A stretch of 64,000 nucleotides of DNA from Euglena gracilis (taxonomy: Eukaryota). The notes under the pieces are model-generated. The model saw only the letters and a list, made by a program, of their open reading frames with translations, had not been told where the DNA came from and did no database searches. Below, piece after piece: positions 44,601-56,100 of this stretch. The DNA lies in NCBI GenBank assembly GCA_039621445.1, contig CP154954.1, positions 19,826,642-19,890,641 on the forward strand, given 5' to 3'. A program made the position numbers and the translations under genes. Numbering within the stretch: the stretch's first letter is position 1; every line of letters starts with the position of its first letter.

Positions 44601-47589
44601 CTTTCCCACAGACATATTTCACCAGGCACCATCCAGCCGCCCTAAGAACGGCTGGATGGTAACAGGTTTTCCGCTTTGGAGGGTACCTAATTGGACCAAC
44701 TTTGGGTGAAAAAGGGGTAAATTTGAATGCCCAGCTCAAATTCCTGAGCTAAAAATCAATTTCTGGCATAATTTGCCGGTTTTGGGACTTCGTTTGATTT
44801 TCCCTTGCCCAGTCCGACCCGGGTTCAGCCCAGGTTTAACTAGGGGGACCCACCCCGGAGGGAGGGGTCAGCCACCGCCTGTTTCCAATCAGCCCGAACG
44901 TTCTGGCTTCTGACCTCCCCCCGGGGTTGTCAAGCGACGCCCTAGTCGAAACGTCTTCTTTACATGGTCGGAAGAATGAAAATTGATTGTAGGAAGGATT
45001 TATGAAAGCATTTTTTTTTGTGAGTTGATGATGGAGATTTGCGCAGGATATTGCTGACGGCAGAAAAGCAACACCCAAAGCGATACCGTCCTTGAAGGTG
45101 CAAAAGCACCGGAACCGGTGAAAAAAGTCCTTTGGGAATTTGGTTCGAAACCGCAGTTCCAGTCCCAACATGCTAATCCAGGTTTTCTTGGTGGTCGTTG
45201 TCTTATTTTTGGGTGGTCTCTTTCCGAGGGATATTGGATCAGGGGTTTTTTTCTTAGTCGTAGACCCCCCTGGGGGAGGGGGGGGGTAGGGTGGTCTGAC
45301 CGAGCGTCCCCCCCAGGGGGACGAAGGCGCCGAAAATTTTTGAAAAAGGTGCTATTTTTGGCGTTCTCGCAATTTTTGGCCATTTTCGGGGAAATTGAGT
45401 GGGTCCCCTGGGACCCCCCCCTGGGGGCCCCCAGGGGGTTGGTGGGTGGGAGGACCCCCCCTCCCCCCGGTCTTGAAAAAAACCGTGGATTGGATTCAAG
45501 CATTGTGGATTCAAGAATTGTGGGCCTGCGTTACTTATTATTATTTTGAGCCGATGGAGTACCTCTCAACCCCCCCTCCCCAGGTCAACCTGGAGCTGAC
45601 GTTCAAGCAGACCAGCAAGATCCCTAAGTGGGGCAGCCTGGCACAGCACGGAGATTGCAGCCGGTTTTAAGGAAGTCCGCACCTTGAGAGGGTGAGTGCT
45701 TTGGGGGGCAGTGGGCACCCCCGGGGGTCGGGTTTTGGGATGAGTGGGGGACACACCTTTCGGTGCCAAAGGCACTGGGGGCCCAAAAAATGGCCATTTT
45801 CAAGAAAAATTGTGCTTCACAGGCAGGCACCGGGACCCAAAACCGACCCCCCTTTCAGGGGTGTGCTTGCTGCGGGCATGCACCCATGTGGGGTGGGTAA
45901 CAAGAATCCTGAATGGGGAGATGTCAGGGCATACCAAAAAAAAAAGACGAAACAGGCAAAAATGCCCCGAAGTCATCAAAGGATGTGTCAACCTTATTCA
46001 GTTGCAAGCAGAATATGGATTAAGACCGGCTGGCATAGTGGACAAAATTTTTGAAGAAAAATATTGCTTGCCGTTTTTTTTTTTTGCTGCTTTCAACAGC
46101 TTTTGGCCCTTTTTTGCTGCTTTTGACCTCTTTTGGGCACTTTTTGCTGCTTTCATTTTCAAAAATAGGGGAAATGGGGTAAAAGATGGCCAGAAATGGT
46201 CCAAAGGTGGCCAAAAGTTGCTAAAATTGCCGAAAGTGGGCAAAAGTCAATTGAAAAATGATAAAAATGGCCAAAAGCAATCAAAAAATAATGTGGCCTT
46301 TCTCTGCCATTTGGTGGCATTTTTTGGCCATTTTTGGCCAAAAATGTCCAAAACTGGCCTTAAAGTGGGCATACGTGGGCAAAAATGGTGAGAATTGGCA
46401 AAAGCAGCTAAAAGCAAAAGCAGCAAAAGCAGCTAAAAAGGCAGACGAAAGAAGCAAAAAAGTTGGCAAAATTGGCCAAAAAGTTTGGCGAAAGTGGCCT
46501 ACAATGGGCAAAGGTGGACAAAAAAAAACGGCCCAAAAAAAGGTGGCCAAAAGTGGCCTCAAAGTGGCCAAAGAGCAGCAGAAGCACTCCAGTGGGCAAA
46601 GGTGTCCAAATTGGGCAAAAGTGGGCAAAGTTGCCCAAAAGTAACCAAAAGTGAACAAAACGCAACTAAAGCAGCCAAAAGTGGACAGAAACAGCTTATA
46701 GCAGCCAGAAGTGGGCAAAAAGTGGCGAAATAATTTCGCTTAAAGTTGGGGTGACTGGGATTTCTATTGCTGTGACTGGGCGTTGGTTGCTTAAGCACTG
46801 GCCGACCCCCCAGGGGGGTGACTGACTGGTTTTTTCAGAGTGACTGACTGGTTTTGCCCCCCCCCCCCGGGGTGTCAGCCAGGGGTGGGCAAAAGTGGCT
46901 TCAGTGACCCCGGCGCCAAAGGCGCCGGGGAATTTTTTTTGGCCTAAAATGGCCTAAAGTGACTGGAGTGGCCGGTTTTCCTGAGAGGCCGACTCCCCCC
47001 GGGGGGGAGCAGTGATTAACGGTTTCCCAAAAAAAAGTGATTGACTGGGTTTTCGAAGAGTGGAGTGACCCCCCCGGGTCGGTAAAAAATTGTATGCTGG
47101 GCGTGACTGGGCGTGATCGGGCGTGACTGGGTCTAGGACTCTAGATGACCACAGGTGCTTGTTTCACTCCCCCCCCCAAACGCAGACTCCGAAACTCCGT
47201 GCTGCGGCGGACTTGATGGCGGCGTCCACCGCCTAGCTGCGGAGCACCGGACTGTGGGATCGTCTTGCTGGCCCCCCCGGCCACTGACCAGCCCGTTGCT
47301 CTCTGCCCCCACGCCGGACAACCTCCGACACGGCCCCTCGACCCGCCCAGCCATTCCCAGCCTCGACCACTGCTTTGTCCTCGCCCATTGTGTTCCGCGG
47401 AGTCCCACCCACAGGCGCCTGGCATTGTCTGTCACCGACCGCGTCAACCCCTGCCTCCCGCCGGCTGCTCACTGTCCCAAGGTGCAGCAAGTATGGCCGT
47501 GGAACGTCTTTCTCGCCGTTATGAACCTGCAACTCAACCCCCTGCACCCGGACCCAACCACCTGGCGTTGGTTTGTGCACTATTTTTGA
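38645..47589 (+). CDS. Hypothetical multi-exon protein
   Basis: GC-rich, GT/AG-bounded in-frame blocks: 38645-38650 MP; 38816-38875 GKKKGAKMSLGDFLGPPQPT; 39590-39671 EHSVEVEEAPLSADPLLKYSSYFTNEG; ~40875-40950; ~41148-41219; ~42190-42282 KLVQDQDWTRVTAMYNHIALIFERDRE; ~42641-42686; ~44365-44437; ~45584-45630; last exon ~47482-47589 VQQVWPWNVFLAVMNLQLNPLHPDPTTWRWFVHYF*. Internal frames are not all resolved and no family was recognised. Confidence 0.55.
40381..40614. mobile_element. MITE-like TIR element with GTGTTATTTGGG repeats (related copy 9743-9852)
   Basis: Termini taaacccccccccaaataacac / gtgttatttgggggggggttta (homopolymer lengths approximate). Confidence 0.75.
43740..43964. mobile_element. 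hAT-like MITE (intronic copy)
   Basis: TIR caggggtttttt / aaaaaacccctg with a perfect 8-bp TSD, ccctgaac. Confidence 0.88.
45240..45487. mobile_element. hAT-like MITE (intronic copy, same subfamily as 43740)
   Basis: Termini caggggtttttt / aaaaaaccgtg. TSD tattggat / gattggat (7/8). Internal sequence resembles 43740-43964. Confidence 0.82.
46080..46735. repeat. Low-complexity TTTTGGCC/GGCCAAAA array (also ~5650-5990, ~8060-8620, ~15650-15780)
   Basis: Degenerate ~10-bp units recur at several loci. Confidence 0.8.
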
Positions 47590-50500
47590 TCGAACTCGAG
47601 TGGTCCCAAAGGAACCTCGCAGCGACCAACTTCGGCAAAGTCTTCTTACCTTGGAAATATTGGAGATTGGCTGAGTGCTCTAAAATTGTGGTTTTACTGT
47701 CTCAGAGATTTAGAACTTCGTATTCCGATTCCAGGTTGAAGGCAATTAAGAATCAATTAACGTGTCAAGGCAGGGGGGGATTTATATCCTCAATTCTCCC
47801 ACAATTTCCGCAATTTTCTGCAAATTTTTGGTATTTTACCCCCCTTTCTGCATTTTTTACGCCAAATTTTAAATTGGAGCAGGGGGAAAATATGCAAGTC
47901 GCATACTTTGCATATTTTTTTCATATCCAAAATCTCGAAAATTTGCATAATTTGCATTTTTTTTTTTGCATTATGGAAAATTTGTGAAAAGTCACATTTT
48001 TGCAGTTTTTTTCATATTTTGCCTTTCCGATTTTTGGGGGCATTTGCACAGGCAAATTTCTCCCACTTTTAGACAACTGGAAGTTGCATACCTCACGTTT
48101 TGGACCAATTGCACATTACGAGTAGTTGTATGGTGAAATATAACTAGGTGAACCAGCCACTTCACTTTTGCATTTTTTTGCGCTACGTATTCTGAGGAGC
48201 CTTGTTGCATATTCCCCAGCAAATTTCAGGGAAAAAAACACAAAAAAAATCGCCAAAATTGGCGGCTTTGCCAAAATTTTGCCAATGTTGGGAGAAAACA
48301 CAAACAGATGCGAAAAAGTACTTGTTTTCCTCCTTGCCTGCTGAACCATTTGTGGAATGGCCAGAACTCATTGCACCTTTATAATAAATAATATAATAAT
48401 TTCGATTTTATTATATTCGAAATTATTTCTAAGTCGCATTCAGACTTGATTCTTCCTGAGGTTTTTTGTCCAATTTTTGTCATTTTTTTTAACAAAATCC
48501 CCAAAGTTACATTAAGGACAAAGTTGCATGTTTTTGGACTATTTTGCTTTTGGAAAGAAATGTGAATGACAGCACAAAACACACACCGCTGCAAAATAAT
48601 CAAGCAGGCGAAATTTTTCCAAGTACTTCCAGCTGAAATGTGTACGTTCCCAATAAATTTCTCCGCAATTTTTTTCCCTAGGGCGTCCAATATCACCCCC
48701 TCCCCCAGTCAAGACTTTGGTAGGGTACCATGTCAGCTGATGAAGATTCCTTCGGAAAAAGGAAAATTTTGGCAAAACAGGAATAGGTGCCCCTGGAAAA
48801 ACGGGAATAGACAGTGGGGGTGCCGACCCCCCCCCCCCACCGAGAACACAGCAAACCATGGGTTTCCCGGGGATCCCATTCAGCCTTGTTCGGCCGATCA
48901 CCACTAATCTCCCCCCCCCCAAACTCTACGGATTGGTTTGTGCAACCTAGACAAGCCCCACAGTGAACATTCACCGCCGATCCTGATTTCGTCCTCAGGT
49001 GTTGTATCATTATCAGGTGTGTTCTCCCCCCAAGGCTTTCTGGCCCAGAAACGAAAGTCAACGTTGGGAAGGACATGGGGGGGGGGGGCTCTTCCCGTGC
49101 CGACGTCTTTCCGATCAGGGTTTGCGGTGGCGGCGACCCGCGATGCTGGCGGAGCGATGCCCGAGACCGCCGCTGCGCTGAGCCGACCGCGCCATGCTTG
49201 CCGCGACCCCCGCATTGCGTCCCCCTCTCTGCCCAGGGGTCGGCGTGTGCCCGTTCCTGCGAACATTTGAGTGGTGTTATTTCGGGGCCTCGTGCTACAA
49301 GTAATAGATAACCAATAGATATGTCAAAATCTTCCTCCCAAAATCAACCAAACTCAGTCCAAAGAGCGTCCGATTTGTGATGATCGCCAACGTTACAAGA
49401 AAAACAGGACTGCGGGAAATTGTGTATTGCTTTTTTGTGAAGCTTTGACCGCGAAGATTTGGGCCATAAGCACCTCCTCCCCACTTGTGAAATACCCAGT
49501 CCCGAATGCCCACGACCCAGCCAACAGCCACACTCGGCTAATAGTATCTCAGCTGCTGCGGTGCGGGGCTGCCATTTGTCGTATATCCGTGACATTTGGG
49601 TGGTCCAATTGTCGTGGCCGATTCCTGGCCCCCTCCCGGAACACACCTTTCGCCGGCCCTTCCCCAGCGTCGCTCCCCCGGCGCCTCCCGCCACCGCTGC
49701 CCACCGTCTTTGGTGTGCCTGCCGCCGGCTTGAAAGGAGTGTACTCTGTTTCCGCGGGTGCTCTTCCGCTGTGTGAAGGCCCGCAGCATGGGGATGGCCT
49801 GTTTTCCCGTCCCCAAATGTGCCACGGTGTGCTGTTTGCAGACGCCATTTCTGCTCAGGAGGCGATGTCGTCACCCGCAGCCCTCTTTTGCCCTTTGCTG
49901 CGCTTGAAGTTGCCGCTTTCTTGCTCGCCGCCAGCTTCTTGACGTTCGCAAGACGGCTCTTTCCCCGGCGTCGGGTATGGGCGTCCAACACAAACCATCA
50001 TCCAATCGGTGCATATACTGCCTCGCAAAACGAAGACTGGAAGACTGGATCCAACCCCCCCCCCCAGAGATCGCAGGCTGGGTGTTGGCACATCCATCTC
50101 TCAATTGGATCAACAGCGTGGCTTCAGCGTCCTTTGCTGGGAGCAAGGCTTGTCGAGTTTTGCATTAATGCATCCTGTCTTCCTGTGCCCATTCAACACC
50201 GGAAACACGTTTTGTAAACCTGATCACAACCAAACATCCCAGACTTCCAGATATCATTTACCGGACATCATTTGTCTCTTCAGATGCTGTCTTTGATCAC
50301 TCAACCCGTTGAAGGATTCCCCAACACTGACATGCGATTTGCAGTCTTTCAGGTCCCTTTTGTTGCCAATATCTGGCAAGCTTAACCAGCCAATGTCGGA
50401 GGAAACCGTTCAGGGGTGGTTAGTTCCAGGTTCATTTTTATCGCAATCACCAATGCTGAAGACTCCAAAGCAGAGCAGACGCTCATGGACCAATGCGTTG

Positions 50501-51678
50501 CACATTCAAACCACTATCCCAAACCATTACCTGTGCTTTAATATGCCACACTCATCTGAAAGGCCTGTGGCTGGGATTCGGGCCACTGCGGTTGCACAGA
50601 CAGTTTGCATGGTTCTCCGGCAGCAATGTGTGACGCATTCTATATGCACTGTTTCTGTCTTGTTCGGGTCTCCTAACCTTCTTCGCTTCATTCTTTGAGA
50701 TATTTCTCCACAAAAAATATCCTTCAAAAATCAATTCCAACGGCAGAAGGTGCCAAAGGAAATTTTGGCACCACTGGAAAAATGAGAAAAGCTGACAAAG
50801 GGGGACCAAACCAACGCTTCCCGCATGCCCTTTTGGCCCTGGTTATTTAGGGCTTTTTCGAAGATTTTCGAGTATTTTTTTTAAAAAAAATACGGCTGCT
50901 TCGCTTCCCCTTCCCCTTTCCAAGGATGAAGGCTTTTAAGGCATTTTTTTAAATAGATTTTTTGAAGACTTTTTAAGGTTTTAAAACTTGAAGGGTTTTC
51001 AGCTGTTTTTTTTTGTTCTTTTTTTTTGAAACGTGCAATGATTGTGCTTGCGTGTTTTTTTTAAAAGAAAAATGTAAACCCAGTTCAAGACATCCACAGT
51101 GTTCGTGAAATGTTGTTGCATAATGGAGATTTTTTTTTCGCAGACATGAATTTTTTTGATCTTTATCAACGTAAATGTGTACAGTCCGACATGGTGAAAA
51201 AATATATCGTCATGCTTTTCTTAAAGGCAATTTAAGTCATTTCATTTTTCAAGGCTTTGGAGCCTTGAAGAGGTGTAGGGCCTAAATTTCTCCCTCGACA
51301 GTCTGCGTACTTCTTTTCCAGGATGGCCGCACCCCCGGGGGTGTTGTAAGCAGGTGGAGGGGGGGGGGGGCGTTTTCATCAACCCCCAGAGGCCTCCCCA
51401 AAACCCTGCGGCAGGGTTGGATATAAGGACTGAAGGAGGGTGTGTGGAATTTAGGCGGCCCCACCCCTCCCCCCTCCTCCACCTCTTGAAACCTTGGGGT
51501 AGAATGCCCCGCCAAAAAAAGATCAAATTTTCTTTTCCGGCGCTTTGTGCCAAAAACATTTGGGAATTTCGACATTTTTTTTACCCCCCTGTCCCGCTTG
51601 GCCCGGGGGGCGGGGGGTTCGACCCCCTCACCTGCCATATCGAACCCTGAGCTGCAGACAGAAGCCAGCCATCTCCGA

Positions 51679-53080
51679 ATGGCGGTGCTGTGCCTGAGGG
51701 GCGGGAAGTCTTGCTGGCGCACGAAACTGAGTGGTCCGGTGGTCCAGTGGTCCTCTCGGCTCGGGTTGACCCAGGCCAATTTCCCTTTTAAGACAGACTC
51801 CAATTTTTGGACACCCGGCGCTGGGCGGTGTGCTATCCCCCCACCAGTCAATCATTTAGTCACTGGCCGACCCCCCCCCCCGGGGGGGGGGGTGACTGGT
51901 TTTTCCAGAGTGACTGACTGGTTTTTGGCCCGGACCCCCCCCCCCCCCCGGGGGGGGGGGGGGGCAAAAAACCGCCAAAATGACCCGGCGCCGAAGGCAC
52001 TGGAAATTTTTATTTGTCCTTTTTTTTACATGTTTTGGGTCAAAATTCCCTTTGGATTGCAGAGTGGCCGACCCCCCAGGGGGGGGGGGTTGACTGACTG
52101 GTTTCACAAAAAAAAGTGACTGACTGGTTTTTCAAAAGTGGAGTGACCCCCCTCCCCCCTGGGGGTCGATAAAAAAGGTATGCCCCCCACCCATCCCCGC
52201 CCTTCAGGTCTCAACATCGACTGCAGCGCCTGAGGGGTTTCTGTCAGATCCCCACCGTGAGGTTGGAGGGCATCCGTGGCTGCGCCAAACAGGAGGGGCC
52301 GAAGCGCTGAGGCGACCTGAGGGCAGTCCGTTGTCTCGGCCGGATGAGTTTGGATTGCGAAAGGTATTGACTCCACTGAGCTGCTTTTTTTTTTGTGAGC
52401 GTGCTGCATACCTCGGTTTTCTTTCGGTTCAATGGTGTATTGTTTAATTGTGCTGGAGTTCAGAGTGTGACGCATTGCCAGGAGTGGACCAAGTGCTTCG
52501 TGCCGGACGCCCCCGAAGTTGCTTTGGCGGACGTTTCGGAACATCTTCAAAAGCACGTGTATGATGTCCTGGTGGACGTGCGCGATGCGCGGCTACCAGG
52601 CTTCTGCTTAAGGGATTGCAGTACCCCCCCCCCCGGGGGCTGGACTGCAGCTAGTCCAAATTTGGCTAGTGGGATTTCTAGCAGACCCCCCCCCCGGGGT
52701 CTGCTGGCAGGGCTAGCTAGTGGAAATTTTTTTCCAGTGACCGGCGTGAAGCGCCGGAAATTTTTGGGGGGACCCCCAAAAATGGCCAAAAAAGCCCGTT
52801 TTTGGCCATTTTTGGGAATTTTTGGACCAAAATCAGCCAAAAACCTATTAAAACCCTCATTTCCACCTCGGCGCACAGCGCCTGAGGAAAATTTTTTCCA
52901 GTTGGGGGGACCCCCGGACCCCCCCTCCCCCGGCGGGAGGGGGGGTCTAGCTAGTCCATTTTTCCAGTGTCTAGCCGATTGGCTGGCCAGTACCCCCCCC
53001 CGGGGGTCTTTAAGCAAAAGCCTGGCGGCTACCACAATCATCCCTCCATCCACAATACCAGGGATTGGCCAAAGTTGTGC

Positions 53081-53116
<36 letters not shown>

Positions 53117-56100
53117 GGTGCCAACCCTGGAATGAAAGTCTGATGGATCCAATAGCAAGATAAGCCCGACAAATGTCTTTGAAATGTTTTTTTTAAATAT
53201 TTTCCTGTCAGAAAGGTTGAACATAAGGGCGCATGTGTTATGAAGGCAAGCCGAACGTATCTAACTGCTGGTCAGACTTTGTGGGGGGTGGGTTAGTATC
53301 CCGTTTTCGCTCAATTCCCAGCCCAGGGTTTCCGACTCGGCTGCTGATCTCTGTTGCATGCTACGGTGGTGTTCATTGGCCCGTGCCAACCCCCCTCCCT
53401 CCCCCTGCCATCGCCGGCCTCCCTCCCAGGCCCACATCGTGTGCTACACCCACGCGGAACGGCTCAGCCGGGAGGACGTCGACCGGGTCGCGGCGTGGAC
53501 AGAGCACACCCACGGCCCCTCCGCCCAGCAGCCGTCTCTTCTTTCCACCACGGTGCCCGTTGGCCCCTCGCGGGCTGAGGGCTGGGCCGCCGACTGCTGA
53601 ATGCGCCGCCGTCTTCTTCCTGAATCTGCGGCGTGTGCGGCGGATGGACCGGAAGCAGCCCTGGCGACTCCTTTCCCCACCCACATGGTGGACTCGGGCG
53701 AGGGGTTGGTGAGAGGTAGGGTGTTGTTTGTGTAGAATGGGGACATTCTTAATTGCAGGCCAGGGTTTAGGGCAGGGTAAAGGGGAGGTACGGGATCAGG
53801 GTTTGCGACAGCGTTGGGGTTGGGTGGGACACCAGGCCCCCACCTACTACCGGACCAAGTATGGACATGGATGCGCGCCCAACAGCAAGGATGTGCCACG
53901 CCGTCCAGCCGGCGGGCCACGCGTCGCACGTGCCCACGCTCCGCACCGTTTCAACCGATACATCCGGGACCTAACTCCGGTGTCCAGCCCCGACAAGGTC
54001 CGGCATCACCGCCAACAACAGTCACCGGCCTGCGGGCGCATGGGTGTCGAACGGGGGTCATCCCGGACCGCCGGAAACGAGGGAACGCCGTGCCCGGACC
54101 CCGAGGGGCCCCCAGCCCCCGGCCAGCGCCGCCCTCCGGCCCCTGCGGCGGGCGGTGGCCGCCGCGTGCCGGGCCGGCGGGGGCGCCGAGGCGCTGGTGG
54201 CGGGCCTCCCCAACGCCGGCAAGAGCAGCCTGTTGCACCCGCTGGCCCGCCGGTTCCTGCAGGCGGCGTGGAAGCGGAGGTCCGAGGACCACATGCCCCA
54301 GGTCCAATCCGGAACTCGTGATGGGGGACCCCCTGGGTGGGGGGACCCCCGATCTCAAGAAAATCCCTGACATATGTGTATTGCATTGTAGATCACCTCC
54401 TCACCCCCCGTGGGAGGTGGCCCAGCCAGTCATAAGCCATTTTCCACCTTCCCCCATCGAGGGATTTTAATTTCTTTCCGGTTGCATTTCGGGCGGCTGG
54501 ATAGTGGCGGAGTTTTTGCCGTGGTGGGTTCCAACGTGGCAACATGCCAAACTTCATAAAAGTGTGTCGAAAATTGCCCAAGCTGTTTCAATTTTGGGTC
54601 TGAAAATTCATATCTTAAAATTTTGATTTTTGGGGGGGCTTGTCTGTTGTCTTAATTTTTTTGGCACCCGGTAAGACCCCTGGGGCGGTCAGCCTAGATC
54701 CAGCCAGCCCAAATTTTCTAGCCTCTGATCTTCCTTCCCCCCTGCCTGTTTCATTTCTTTTCTCCTCAGAGCTTGCACCCAAATCAAAGTTGTCCTATTT
54801 GGTGCTGCCTTGCAAAAAGAATATAAATGCAATATGGTTGACATGGGCATGTTTCACTGAAGATGCCTTTACTCAGTATTTCAGACCGATTGACTGGTCG
54901 GTCAGAAATGCCGACCAGTTTTTCTTGGCTCAATAACCCAGGCGAGGGATTTGGCCAAAATTGTGAAGTGGCTCCGCTCCTGCGCACCAAAATTAAATGC
55001 GGACATTTCTCTTCGCCTCTTCGACCAATTTTCCCAACGTGGCTGCCAAGCACCTCCAATGGTGCATCCCGACAAATCCGACAAATTGTGACAGATCGCG
55101 ACAACACGTATTTGGCCTCCTTGAGATGGGGGTTCCATCAAATCCCGACAAAGCCCAACCAATCCCGACAACAGCGCCAAAATTTGTGACCACTGATGAA
55201 GTTGCCAAGTCAGGATTTGGTTGGTTTTCTGTTTTGCACAGTTTTTTCTTTGTGAAACCACATAAAGAATTTGCATGAAAAAAAGCTTCGACACACTTCA
55301 GATATGGCCAGGACCCAGCTCCAACGTGCAGAGCACAACAAACCCCGAAAAATCCCGACAAATTCTGCGGCCAGCACCCAATTATCAGACGGTATGGAGG
55401 TGCATGGTGGCTGCCTAACCCGGTGGGAGGTGGTGGCCAGGTTGCCTCTGAGGGAAAAGCTGCCTCTGAGGGAGTCTTTGCTGACTGGTGGGTGGGCGAA
55501 TGAAAGGAACACCCCCAAGGGTCGGCCAACCATCAATGATCCCGAACGCATTAACTTCAGGTGGTTTTTGGCCAAACATCGTCCCTTCTGCCGGCGTTGA
55601 GCCTGGGATGGGTCAGGGGCCCCGCCGCCCCCGTCACAGGTCGCCTGCAAGCCCGGCACGACCACCTCCGTCCTGCCCTACCCCATGCCCAGTCCCTGTT
55701 TTGCTGTTCCCCCACTCCCAGAGAGCGAAATGGGGGGAAGGGAATTTGTGGTACCGCCCATCCGAAACCACGCTGTGTTCAGAATCAACAAGGGGGTACA
55801 TGGGCTTTGGGAGCCCACTTGTTGTTGTTGTTCTTGTTGTTGTTGTTGCAATTGCACAAGTGGTCCAAAATTAATATATATTTTTGAGGCTTTATTAGTG
55901 GTGATTTTTGAGACAAAAGGAGAATAAGAAAAACAGCGCCCACAAAGTGGAGGTGTTTGTACAGCATTCCTGAGCACATATGTACATGTGCATATACAGC
56001 ATATGCAGCATGTCTGAGAGGGTCAAAGAAAGTGTGTCAGGGTATTGCACCATGAATTGAAGGGTATTGCGCCATAAATTCAACGTGTACACACATTCAC

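Noticed and set aside
45744-46733. Lys-rich and Phe-rich ORFs
   Set aside because: Products of the low-complexity GGCCAAAA/TTTTGGCC array.
55271-55600. 109-aa ORF inside the GTPase gene
   Set aside because: Flanking exons already join in frame (PQ|VACKPGTT) via GT-AG, and the ORF overlaps a gacaaatcc repeat element.
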